From the NCBI GenBank assembly GCA_009695265.1, contig SIBE01000108.1, forward strand, positions 1-14,234: a DNA stretch of 14,234 nt, written 5' to 3'. How positions within the stretch are numbered: position 1 is the first letter of the stretch; every line of letters begins with the position of its first letter. The notes beneath the pieces were generated by a model. That model worked only from the letters and a program-made list of their open reading frames with translations, did no database searches and was not told the origin of the DNA. This document shows, piece by piece, positions 1 through 8,768 of this stretch. Source of the stretch: Pedosphaera sp. (GTDB taxonomy: Bacteria > Verrucomicrobiota > Verrucomicrobiia > Limisphaerales > SIBE01). A program made the translations under genes and the position numbers.

Positions 1-151
1 GCCTAGCAGCCTGTCGGACTTACGTACACGTATTAAATCCGACGCTCTACGATTCGATATGACGCGTTTTGATTTTCGGTGAAGGTGTTTTTGATGGTCC
101 AAAATCAATGATTTTGTCCGAAAACGAGCTAAGTCCGACAGGCTCCTAGGA
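1..151. repeat. Low-GC (~42%) element bounded by 22-bp imperfect terminal inverted repeats. Left arm 1-22 is gcctagCAgcctgtcggactta. Right arm 130-151 is taagtccgacaggctCCtagga, whose reverse complement is tcctagGAgcctgtcggactta. The ~107-nt interior contains nested short inverted repeats (cgttttgattttcgg / ccgaaaacg; ttgat…atcaa). MITE-like, or a large structured RNA.
   Basis: Direct reading: the reverse complement of 130-151 matches 1-22 at 19-20 of 22 positions. GC content drops sharply against flanking sequence. The element touches the window edge, so the left arm may extend further. Confidence 0.5.
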
Positions 152-363
152 AAGCCATTATAGGGGCCTTCGGCGCGCTTTGGAAAGTAATAGCCATCCG
201 GCACAGCGGTTCCATCCTGGATTCCTTGTCGTTGGTCTCCGGCGTAGGTGAGAAAATTGAGGTATCCCTGCGGAGACGGTGGGGCGGCTTCGACATCTGC
301 CCAGCCTGTACTCCAGACGCACCACGCGAACAGGAGGATGAGGCGGCTTCTATTAGTTTTCAT
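1..363 (-). CDS. Possible small secreted protein, with only the 5' part in the window and no stop before the window edge. ATG at 363..361. N-terminus is MKTNRSRLILLFAWCVWSTGWA-DVEAAPPSPQGYLNFLTYAGDQRQGIQDGTAVPDGYYFPKRAEGPYNGF…. The reading frame then continues through the inverted-repeat element (1-151), where the translation becomes non-protein-like. This may be a disrupted gene or the element may lie in its 3' region.
   Basis: Manual translation of the minus strand from 363 gives a signal-peptide-like N-terminus (basic n-region, hydrophobic core, AxA-like site). This ORF is absent from the supplied track because it has no in-window stop. Confidence 0.3.
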   Translation of the reverse strand, partial: MKTNRSRLILLFAWCVWSTGWADVEAAPPSPQGYLNFLTYAGDQRQGIQDGTAVPDGYYFPKRAEGPYNGFPRSLSDLARFRTKSLILDHQKHLHRKSKRVISNRRASDLIRVRKSDRLLG

Positions 364-627
364 GAGGTTGTTTGTATTGATCAGAGTGCGCTCTGCAAGC
401 GCCAATGGCGACAGCAAAGATAGCAACCCCAGTGCTTTAGCAAGCAACTGACCTCAAGATCGACTGACAACCTCGCAGTTTCGACATCTGAGCGGCGAAG
501 CGAACCCGCGAGAAAGGCCAAGTGAATCAATAGCCATCCAATTGCTAGTTTGAGTTCAGCTGTCCGCATATTCGTTCAATGATTCGAGAATGGTGAGCGA
601 AGGTTACACTGAAAATGACAGTTCAAT

Positions 628-3609
628 TCATTGCGCGACTCGTACCCTGTAGAATCGGTTGGCGGTAGTTGCTGTTTGGTTCTCAATAAACTCAATCGTG
701 CCGTTCTGGTTTTCCAAAATCGCGGCTTGATTCCAATTGATGAGATTGGCCGAGACTTCCACGGCATACTTACTTCCGGCTTTGCCTTCGATGGTAAGGT
801 GGATGGTGCCATTGGGCTGCGCTTCGATGCTAATGATCTTCGGCTTTGCATAGACAATGGCGAGGTTATCCAGGCGAATAATTGCGGGTGTTGCGGCTGG
901 GCCTTTCAATTGAAAAGAAACTTCGCCTGGGCCTGATGAATTCTGCAGTGGCACTGAGATTCGCCCGCTGAACCCCGCATTGGTCAGGCTGATCTGTTGA
1001 AGAACGTTTGTCTCAAACTTCACCCACAAAGAGTTGCTTGATCCCGCCGCCACAACTGATAGATCAAAATCGACGCTGGCGGCAGCGGGACTGAGGGTGA
1101 GCCATTGACCAAGAAACGTGTTCGTCCCAGCACGCAATTCCACTGCGTGGTTAGTTTCACTCCGCGTAACTGCCAGCTCCCCACCAGCAGACCACCGTGC
1201 CGCAAGTAACTGTCGGGGATCGTGGAGAAGTGCGACGCCGATCCTGAAGACGTCATCGTTGATCTGAGGGAATTCCATGGAGGCAATGTGGTCCGCCAGC
1301 GCACCCACTTCCTCAATGGAGCCGTCGCGGAACTGAGGGAAGTTGCTCTCACTCCTCGGCGTTACATTCGGAATAGAGTTCAGGGCAAGTTGGCGGCGTG
1401 AATTCAACGATGACAATGTCGCGGGAGCCGACATAGACCAGAGACCCAAGGTACGGCCTTCGAAGTTGTCGTAAATGTATCGGTCAGCCCTTTCGGGCCT
1501 GCTGGGTGATTCCAGATAGAGATCCACGACATTCAAGTGATTGGAGCGGTCTTTCGCCTTGCTGGAGCCAAAGCCTGTAATGGTGCGGTTCTCGAATAGC
1601 TCCGGCGAGCGCTCGGGTGCGCGAAAGTCAGGGAGTCGAGCTTTGAGCGTTTCCTTGAGGCCGGGACTGATGCTACGGTATTCCCCTGCACCGATCAGGA
1701 ACGCGTAGAGAAAGCGAAAGAACGGGTCGAGCACTGGGAACAGGAGATCGGCCGCCTGTTCTTGAAAAAGACCTTCCTGCACGCGGTAATTAACTCTGCG
1801 AAGGACATAGCGCCTGGCTTCAGGATCGGAGAGTTCCTCCACAATCTTAATGTCAGCGAGGAACTCACTGGGCGGCGGCCAATCGTCAGAGTAACCGTCC
1901 AGGGCTGTGTACTGGTTGATGGCGAAGCCATCAGCCGTTAGAAGCCTAGCGAGGCGGGCGTTAACTGCCGCTCCACGGCTGTGACCGATGAGGTGGACAA
2001 CTACATAGCCCATTTGCGTTTCGTCAACCCCGTGAAGAAATCCCTCCGTAAGCAGCTTATCCTTAGCTTCGGCGGCAGCCTGGTCGGCTCGAAAATGGGC
2101 CTTGTCCATGAAAATTTCGCTCGCTCGCTCTGCCAAGTCCGCAGCCAACTCCTGATCGAATTGTTTGCAGCCTTCGGCGACGACCAGCATCGCCAATCCT
2201 TGAACCCAGCCGTCCGAAGAATTCCACACAATCACTTTGTTCCTGACGGAGCCCGCCATAGGATGCGCTTGACCGACCGGCAGTTCAGTAAATTCGCGTG
2301 CCACCCGGTTCCATGTTCCGATGAAACTTGGGTCCGTGATCCGTCCGATGAACGGGATTTCCAAATCGTTGCCGAAGCCGTGCGTCAGCACATTTACAAC
2401 TTGCCCGACCCAAAATGGAGGGCAGGTATAGGTTTCTTCTCCGGTTGGAATTGGTGGAAATATCGCGAGAGGTTGAAGGCGAACCAACACATGGTTCAAG
2501 CCTGCGTGATTGGGTCCAAGCTGCCTGGCGGAAGGCAGCTCCACTGGAATGTCATAAACCTCCGTCTGGCCAGGCGCCAAAATCACCCAGAGTGGCGACG
2601 GAGAGGCCAGTTGATGGGTAATGCTGTTGTCTTGCCGCGCAGAAAGGAAAACATCGGCGTGAACGAACCCGTTTAGTTGACTCTCACTCGTGTTTTTCAA
2701 AGTCAGTTTAGCAGACCTCTTTTGTCCCGGGAGGATCGGCCTCGGTTGGTCGATGAAAGACAGGGAGCCGCTGAACAGCGTATTTCGTGGGTTCAACAAG
2801 AATTGCGCTTGTGACACTCCGAAAGGCCGCACGCTCGTTGTCATCATCAAAGTATCGTAACCGGCTTTAGTGATTCGAACTTGGTGGGAGCCAGTGGTCA
2901 GTCCGGCCAAATGGAAAACTCCATTTGCGTCTGTCGTGCTTGTTGCTGTCGCGTCAAGCTGGACGGTGGCTCCAGATATGGGAGCGCGTAGTCCGCTGGA
3001 CAGGACTGTTCCATGCAATTCTCCCTTTATTCCGGAAAGGCGCGCCGTAGTGGTTAGATCATAAACTTCGTATTTTTCGGGGTAGTGAAATGGGCTTGGC
3101 AATCGGACCCATACGTTAGATTTATGGTCACGCCCGGTGTACTCCAGCCGATAAGGCTTAAGATCATCAGCAGCCACAAAGTCTCGATCTGCGACATCAA
3201 CAGCGAGAAATGAGACAGAACCATCAACGGCGGAAAAATCAAATCGAAGCGGTACGCCGAGAGATTTTTTGTAATTAATGTCCTTGTCGAAGGAAACGGT
3301 GGTCCGTCCGTTCTCGGTTATCCCAACCGCGGTCACAATAGCGTTGATGCGCCCCTCGACATCGGCTTGCGAAGACACGTATGTGCCTCCCGTCAGAACA
3401 GGCTCGACGGGGTTGAATGTCAGGTCGATTTCCAGATCCATGGTAATTTCATCCTTCGAGCCGTCAGTATAGTTGACGGTGTAAGTTGCTTTCTGCCTGC
3501 CTTGAAGCACGACGGTCAGTGGAGTGTTCAATGCAGCTTGCAACGAAGCAACGACCGCAAACAAGGACAGTAATATGCCCAAAAAGATAAAAAAAAGCCT
3601 GAGTCTCAT
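628..3609 (-). CDS. Large (993 aa) secreted multidomain alpha/beta-hydrolase, putatively lipase- or esterase-like. Layout: N-terminal signal peptide (MRLRLFFIFLGILLSLFAVVASLQA); a carboxypeptidase-regulatory-like beta-sandwich (…GATVQLDATATSTTDANGVFHLAGLTTGSHQVRITKAGYD…); a serine-hydrolase nucleophile elbow (VVVHLIGHSRGAAVN, GxSxG); and a C-terminal ~70-aa module ending …ANRFYRVRVAQ.
   Basis: Long uninterrupted ORF with a clear signal peptide, a GHSRG motif and a CarboxypepD_reg-like segment visible in the translation. TGA stop at 628-630. Confidence 0.85.
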   Translation of the reverse strand: MRLRLFFIFLGILLSLFAVVASLQAALNTPLTVVLQGRQKATYTVNYTDGSKDEITMDLEIDLTFNPVEPVLTGGTYVSSQADVEGRINAIVTAVGITENGRTTVSFDKDINYKKSLGVPLRFDFSAVDGSVSFLAVDVADRDFVAADDLKPYRLEYTGRDHKSNVWVRLPSPFHYPEKYEVYDLTTTARLSGIKGELHGTVLSSGLRAPISGATVQLDATATSTTDANGVFHLAGLTTGSHQVRITKAGYDTLMMTTSVRPFGVSQAQFLLNPRNTLFSGSLSFIDQPRPILPGQKRSAKLTLKNTSESQLNGFVHADVFLSARQDNSITHQLASPSPLWVILAPGQTEVYDIPVELPSARQLGPNHAGLNHVLVRLQPLAIFPPIPTGEETYTCPPFWVGQVVNVLTHGFGNDLEIPFIGRITDPSFIGTWNRVAREFTELPVGQAHPMAGSVRNKVIVWNSSDGWVQGLAMLVVAEGCKQFDQELAADLAERASEIFMDKAHFRADQAAAEAKDKLLTEGFLHGVDETQMGYVVVHLIGHSRGAAVNARLARLLTADGFAINQYTALDGYSDDWPPPSEFLADIKIVEELSDPEARRYVLRRVNYRVQEGLFQEQAADLLFPVLDPFFRFLYAFLIGAGEYRSISPGLKETLKARLPDFRAPERSPELFENRTITGFGSSKAKDRSNHLNVVDLYLESPSRPERADRYIYDNFEGRTLGLWSMSAPATLSSLNSRRQLALNSIPNVTPRSESNFPQFRDGSIEEVGALADHIASMEFPQINDDVFRIGVALLHDPRQLLAARWSAGGELAVTRSETNHAVELRAGTNTFLGQWLTLSPAAASVDFDLSVVAAGSSNSLWVKFETNVLQQISLTNAGFSGRISVPLQNSSGPGEVSFQLKGPAATPAIIRLDNLAIVYAKPKIISIEAQPNGTIHLTIEGKAGSKYAVEVSANLINWNQAAILENQNGTIEFIENQTATTANRFYRVRVAQ

Positions 3610-3806
3610 GCGCTATTGCGCTGTCGGCTAGGCTCGCAAGCCCTGCCCTCCGCGCTGTCACTACTGATTCGCAAATTGCAAGTGGGAGGTGACACGGAGT
3701 GCATCGCTCCCGATGATTTGGTATCCAATGAGAAGTTTAGTTTTCATTTATCAGAATCGGTATCGTGCTTGGTTCATCTTTTCCGCATCCGTCCTGTTGC
3801 TTGACC

Positions 3807-6206
3807 TCAAAACACCGGGGTCGCCCGATAAAATCGTTTGGTGGATCCCGGTGAGCCCAGGTCAAACCACAACTGCGTCGAGTTCGTCAGCGTCACCTGA
3901 TCCAGCGGTTTCCAGAGCGTGTCGTTCTTTATGTCCGGCGTGGACTCGATGGTGTAGGTCTGCCCGACGGTTCCTTTCAGAGTCAGTCCCGCGTAGATGC
4001 CTAGATCCAATTCCGGTTCACTCACGAGCGTGGCAGGAACACTTGTCAGCGACCCGCCGGGGCCGGTAACGACCACGGTGTATTTGCCCGTCTTTGCCAA
4101 ATCGATTCCGGAGAGTGTCAGTGTCGGCTGGATCGCTCCCGCAACAGGAACGCCATTCAAAAACCATTGATACGTGAAGGGACCTGTGCCCGTGGCCTCG
4201 ACAGCCAACGTCGCGTCACCACCAAGCGAGACGAGTTGGGTGGTCGGTTGTGTAGTGATGGCAATCCCGCTGCCCCCGCTGCTGCCATTTCCGCTGCTGC
4301 TGGATCCATCTCTTGCCGCGCGCACGATGGAGACGGATCCGCCAACTGCCATGACGGATTGAGATCCAAACCGGACCCCGAACAGCGGCATCCCTCCCAA
4401 GGGGCGATCCACAGGCGTCCACTTGCGGCCATCCGGTGAAACCAGCATCGCCGCATTATCTCCAACGCCCAGGAATAGTCCGTCGGCAAAATCCAGAGCG
4501 CGCAGCACCGCACCACTGCTCGGCCGCAATCTCCAGGTCTCGCCATCCGTTGAGGCTCGCACCGTGCCACCATCTCCCACCGCGAGAAAGACGCCATTTC
4601 CATAAGCAACGCCGTAGAGATTCGCGCTGTTGCCCACAGTAATGGACTGCCACGTGGTCGCGTCCTTGGATATCAGCAATGCCCCACCGTCACCGACGAT
4701 GGCATAAGAACCGTTACCAAACGCGATGTCGTGTAGGTTCGTTACGATGCCTATAACTGTCTTCGTCCACTGCAAACCATCGTTGGAAGCCAGCACCGCA
4801 CCTTTGCCTCCCACTGCCACAAAATTTCCATTCAAAAAACGGACACGAGAGAGGGCCTCCGTTGTTCCAGAGATGGCAGGCGTCCAAGTCTCCGTTTCGG
4901 GGGAGGTCAGAATCAATCCCCCTTCACCGACTGCCACGTAACGTCCGGAAGCATAGAGGACGTCCCATAAATTGGATTTGGTAACGCCAGGGATATTGGT
5001 CCACTTGATTCCGTCCTTGGCTCGCAACATCACGCCATCACTCCCCACGGCGACAGCCCCGCCCGGCCCCTCGGTCACCCCATGCAGTTCGTAGCGTTTG
5101 GGGCCGCCAACCAAGGTGCCTGCCCGCAATTCCCAAGTGTTTGCGTGCTGTGAAGTAAGAACGACTCCATCGACGCCAACCGCAACAAATTGGCCGCCAC
5201 CGTATGTCACACCGCGCAGCCGGCGATCAGTCCCGGAAGCAATCAAATCCCACACGTTCCCGTCTCCAGTCAATTGGACGCTGCCGTAGTTCCCCACGCA
5301 AACAAAGGTATCGTCTCCATAAGCGGCACCATAAAGATTAATCGTATATGGTCGCACCATTTTCTTCCATGTTTCGCCATCAGGCGAGAAACCTACCACG
5401 TGAGCGCTGTCTACCAGGAACGCATAATTGCTCCAAAACTGCTGAATAGAATAATCCGCCCCATCATCGCCTCTAAACGAATAATGCCCTACGGCCAGAA
5501 AGCCATAGCCGTCTCCATAGGCGATGCCCCCGAATCGCACCCAATAGACATCTGGTACCAGATTAGGTAGCGCTATCCAATGTTCGCCATTGTCAGAGGA
5601 TTTCCACAGTCGAAGATTACCCTGACCCCTAGAGTGCGACAGTGCAGTTGAAACCACAAATTGTCTATTGCCGTAGGCGACAGCCGTGCCTGCCTCGATT
5701 TGGTCACTTTGCCGCGGCGACTGTGTCCGCACCCAGGAAGTCATGTCGCTAGTCCGCACGAATGAATTGTCGCCAACCACGAGAAACGTTCCATCTCCAT
5801 ACCCCACGGCAAACAAATCATCCACTGTTGTTGGAGTTGAACTTACCACCGTCCAGGTAACGCCATCTGAGGACTGGAGAATCGTTCCAGCTGCTCCCAC
5901 CGCCACGTAATAGTGAACACCTCCGACGGTCCCTGCTGATACACCGAACAACTCCTGAATTGTCCCCGATCGTCGAGTTTGCCACTGGATTCCGTCCGAT
6001 GACGTGGCAATCTTTCCATAACCCCCGACAGCCACATAGAGCCCATTCCCCCACGTGACGGCATTCAGGTTGTACTCGTTCAGAGTCTGGACCCAATTCG
6101 TGGTCCACGCAGGCGTGGGCGGCGTCTGCCCCTTCAACGTCAGATTGCAAACCAGAAGCAAAAACGTAGCGATCTGGGAGAACCTAAGGAGAGTTTTAGT
6201 TTTCAT
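3807..6206 (-). CDS. Secreted BNR/Asp-box beta-propeller protein, paralog A (799 aa). Layout: signal peptide; ~14-15 propeller blades with the repeated 'YVAVG…G.I..S.DG..W' motif and Asp-boxes (SSDGIQWQT, SSDGVTWTV, STDGETWRL, SPDGRKWTP); a Gly/Ser linker; an Ig-like domain (ITTQPTTQLVSLGGDATLAVEATGTGPFTYQWFLNGVPVAGA); and a C-terminal module ending …STKRFYRATPVF. Resembles the Ycf48/sortilin-like BNR propeller class.
   Basis: Long ORF with Asp-box motifs S-x-D-G-x-x-W recurring at ~40-45-aa spacing. PVC-type Ig-like repeat. TGA stop at 3807-3809. Confidence 0.85.
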   Translation of the reverse strand: MKTKTLLRFSQIATFLLLVCNLTLKGQTPPTPAWTTNWVQTLNEYNLNAVTWGNGLYVAVGGYGKIATSSDGIQWQTRRSGTIQELFGVSAGTVGGVHYYVAVGAAGTILQSSDGVTWTVVSSTPTTVDDLFAVGYGDGTFLVVGDNSFVRTSDMTSWVRTQSPRQSDQIEAGTAVAYGNRQFVVSTALSHSRGQGNLRLWKSSDNGEHWIALPNLVPDVYWVRFGGIAYGDGYGFLAVGHYSFRGDDGADYSIQQFWSNYAFLVDSAHVVGFSPDGETWKKMVRPYTINLYGAAYGDDTFVCVGNYGSVQLTGDGNVWDLIASGTDRRLRGVTYGGGQFVAVGVDGVVLTSQHANTWELRAGTLVGGPKRYELHGVTEGPGGAVAVGSDGVMLRAKDGIKWTNIPGVTKSNLWDVLYASGRYVAVGEGGLILTSPETETWTPAISGTTEALSRVRFLNGNFVAVGGKGAVLASNDGLQWTKTVIGIVTNLHDIAFGNGSYAIVGDGGALLISKDATTWQSITVGNSANLYGVAYGNGVFLAVGDGGTVRASTDGETWRLRPSSGAVLRALDFADGLFLGVGDNAAMLVSPDGRKWTPVDRPLGGMPLFGVRFGSQSVMAVGGSVSIVRAARDGSSSSGNGSSGGSGIAITTQPTTQLVSLGGDATLAVEATGTGPFTYQWFLNGVPVAGAIQPTLTLSGIDLAKTGKYTVVVTGPGGSLTSVPATLVSEPELDLGIYAGLTLKGTVGQTYTIESTPDIKNDTLWKPLDQVTLTNSTQLWFDLGSPGSTKRFYRATPVF

Positions 6207-6265
6207 GGATTAAAAGTTAGGTCGCTTTCGCTTCAAGTGTTGAGTGTATGTGCCTCGACTTGATT

Positions 6266-8716
6266 TCAAAATACAGGTGTTGCCCGATAGAACCGTTTCG
6301 CGGAGCCGAGCGATCCGAAATCCAACCAAAACTGAACGCTGTTCGTCAGCGTCACCTGATCCAACGGTTTCCAGAGCGCGTCATTCTTGATGTCCGGCGT
6401 GTATTCAATGGTGTAGGTCTGCCCCACGGTTCCCTTCAGAGTGAGCCCCGCGTAAATGCCCAAATCCAATTCCGGCTCGCTCACGAGTGAGGCGGGAGCA
6501 CTCGTGACGAATCCTCCTGGCCCGGTGACGACCACCGTGTATTTGCCCGTTTTCCCCAGATCGATTCCGGAGAGAGTCAGTGTAGGCTGGGTCGCTCCGG
6601 CAACAGGAAGTCCATTCAACAGCCATTGATAAGTAAATGGCCCACCACCCGTCACCTCCACCACGAGCGTGGCGTCCCCTCCGAGCGTCACCAGTTGCGT
6701 CGTCGGTTGAGTGGTGATGGCAAAGTTCCCCGTGCTGCTGCTGGAGCCGTCCCTCGCCGCACGCACGATGGAGACGGAACCGCCGACTGCCATGACTGAT
6801 TGAGATCCAAACCGGACTCCAAACAGCGGCATCCCTCCCAAGGGGCGATCCACTGGAGTCCACTTGCGGCCATCCGGTGAAACCAGCATCGCCGCGTTAT
6901 CTCCGACGGCCAGGAAAAGGCCGTCGGCAAAATCCAGAGCGCGGAGAACTGCGCCACTGCTCGGCCGCAATCTCCAGCTCTCGCCATCCGTCGATGCCAG
7001 GGTCACGCCGTTATTTCCGACCGCGAGGAACATGCCACCTCCGTAGGTGACGCCGAAGAGTTGCTCAATGTTTCCCACGGAGATGAGCCGCCACGAATTT
7101 CCATCCTTGGAAGCAATCAAAGTCCCCCCATCACCAACTGCGACGTAAGAGCCATTGCCATACGCGATGTCGTGCAGGCTTGCAGCGGCGCCGGTGTCTG
7201 ACTTGGTCCACTGCACACCATCAGAAGAGAAGAGCAACCTGCCGCTGCCGCCCACGGTCGCGAAACGGCCATTCAGAAAGCGGACACGGGAGAGAGATTC
7301 TGTGACGCCCGACTCGGCAGGTGTCCATATATCAGAATCAGTCGAAGTCAGAATCACGCCCCCATCACCCACGGCAACGTAGCGACCGAGAGCGTGGTAC
7401 ACGTCCCACAAGTTGGTGTGAGTCACTCCGGGAATATTCGTCCACTTGATTCCGTCCTTGGATCGCAGCATCGAGCCTTCACTCCCCACTGCCATCGCAC
7501 CGCTCGGTCCCTCAGTCACACCATGCAATTCGTAGCGGTTGGGTCCATCGACCACGGTGCCAGTTCGCAATTCCCAAGCATTCCCATGTTGTGAAGTGAG
7601 GATGACTCCATCCACTCCAACGGCCACAAACTGCCCGCCGCCGTAGGTCACCCCGCGCAGTCGTCGATTTGTGGGAGTAGCAACCTTCTGCCAAAGATTC
7701 CCGTCTCCAGTCAATCGCACACTCCCGTTGTTCCCCACGCAGACAAAGGTGTCGTCGCCAAAAGTTGCGCCGAAAAGGTTCACCGGATCAGGCTTTGAGA
7801 CCTCGTTCCACGTTACACCGTCCGGTGAAAAATGTGCCCAAAGACCTTCGTTAAGGACTAAAGCTGCTTCGCTCCAAAACACGTCCAAGGAATAAAAGCT
7901 GACAATTCTGGAATCTCGGTCTGAGAATTGTTGACCAGACCCTGCGCAGCATAAGTCCCCCGGATTTGAATTATGCCCCGCAACCAGAAAGCCGTAGCCG
8001 TCACCAAAAGCGATAGCTCCATATCTATAGAAAGTTACATTTTTTTGAATGTTGTCGATCCAACTATTGCCTTTGTCTGTGGATGTCCAGAGGCTCCTGA
8101 ATCCACGGCCTGAGTAATGCGAAAGTGCTGTGGAAACCACAAATTGCTTGTTTCCATAGGCAACTGCTGTACCTGCTTGCACATAACCGTACTGTCCAGT
8201 ATTTCTGAGTTCTATCCCCGACCGTGGAGACTGAGTACGCACCCAAGACGCCATGTCGCTGGTCCGGACAAACGAATTATTACCCGCGGCGAGAAAAGTT
8301 CCATCCCCATACCCCACCGCAAAAAAATCATCCCCCGTTGTTGGAGTGGAACTTACCACCGTCCAGGTAACGCCATCCGAGGATTGGAGAATCGTTCCTG
8401 CCGCTCCCACCGTCACGTAATATTGGACACCTCCGACGCTCCCCGCCGATACGCCGAACAATTCCTGGATCGTCCCCGATCGTTGAGTCCTCCACCGAAC
8501 GCCGTCTGATGAAGTGGCAATTTTTCCGTAAGCACCCACTGCCACATAGAGTCCATTCCCCCACGTGACTGCATTCAGATTGTATTCGTTCAGAGTCTGG
8601 ACCCAATTCGTCGTCCACGCGGGCGTGGCCGGCGTCTGCCCCTTCAACGTCAGATTGCAAACCAGCAACAGCAACGTCGCGATATGGGAGACTCCTGGTA
8701 GAATTCTAATTTTCAT
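6266..8716 (-). CDS. Secreted BNR/Asp-box beta-propeller protein, paralog B (816 aa). Same architecture as paralog A, with the same Ig-like domain and the same C-terminal …AKRFYRATPVF tail. It has a shorter Gly/Ser linker and a divergent, partly AT-rich central blade region.
   Basis: Long ORF, co-linear with 3807..6206 at protein and nucleotide level. TGA stop at 6266-6268. Confidence 0.85.
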   Translation of the reverse strand: MKIRILPGVSHIATLLLLVCNLTLKGQTPATPAWTTNWVQTLNEYNLNAVTWGNGLYVAVGAYGKIATSSDGVRWRTQRSGTIQELFGVSAGSVGGVQYYVTVGAAGTILQSSDGVTWTVVSSTPTTGDDFFAVGYGDGTFLAAGNNSFVRTSDMASWVRTQSPRSGIELRNTGQYGYVQAGTAVAYGNKQFVVSTALSHYSGRGFRSLWTSTDKGNSWIDNIQKNVTFYRYGAIAFGDGYGFLVAGHNSNPGDLCCAGSGQQFSDRDSRIVSFYSLDVFWSEAALVLNEGLWAHFSPDGVTWNEVSKPDPVNLFGATFGDDTFVCVGNNGSVRLTGDGNLWQKVATPTNRRLRGVTYGGGQFVAVGVDGVILTSQHGNAWELRTGTVVDGPNRYELHGVTEGPSGAMAVGSEGSMLRSKDGIKWTNIPGVTHTNLWDVYHALGRYVAVGDGGVILTSTDSDIWTPAESGVTESLSRVRFLNGRFATVGGSGRLLFSSDGVQWTKSDTGAAASLHDIAYGNGSYVAVGDGGTLIASKDGNSWRLISVGNIEQLFGVTYGGGMFLAVGNNGVTLASTDGESWRLRPSSGAVLRALDFADGLFLAVGDNAAMLVSPDGRKWTPVDRPLGGMPLFGVRFGSQSVMAVGGSVSIVRAARDGSSSSTGNFAITTQPTTQLVTLGGDATLVVEVTGGGPFTYQWLLNGLPVAGATQPTLTLSGIDLGKTGKYTVVVTGPGGFVTSAPASLVSEPELDLGIYAGLTLKGTVGQTYTIEYTPDIKNDALWKPLDQVTLTNSVQFWLDFGSLGSAKRFYRATPVF

Positions 8717-8768
8717 GTTGTGAATGCTTGGATTTTTCGGGAAGTGGATACGCCACCGGTCTTCTCAT

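Larger units (their letters stand above)
3796..8716. repeat. Tandem direct duplication of a ~2.46 kb unit (≈3796-6254 and ≈6255-8716), each unit carrying one propeller gene plus ~10 nt of 3' flank. Units are ~85-90% nt identical at the ends and strongly diverged in a central segment.
   Basis: Aligned by eye: 3841-3960 vs 6301-6420 differ at ~8 of 66 positions. 6100-6206 vs 8610-8716 are near-identical. The 3' flanks gcttgacctcaaaacaccgg and gacttgatttcaaaatacagg are similar. Confidence 0.8.

Noticed and set aside
226-569. Track ORFs 226..423(+), 248..451(+) and 381..569(-)
   Set aside because: Short, mutually overlapping, with biased composition and no motifs or ribosome-binding sites. The minus-strand signal-peptide ORF starting at 363 explains the open frames here better.
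3611-3640. Segment 'gctgtcggctaggc' resembling the terminal inverted repeat of the 1-151 element (shares ctgtcgg / ctagg)
   Set aside because: Only 7-mer and 5-mer identities. The match is too short to distinguish from chance.
6330-6345. GAAC-gct-GTTC dyad near the 3' end of paralog B, resembling a Gram-positive LexA box
   Set aside because: The spacer is 3 nt rather than the required 4. It lies inside a coding region, and the paralog A counterpart lacks it.
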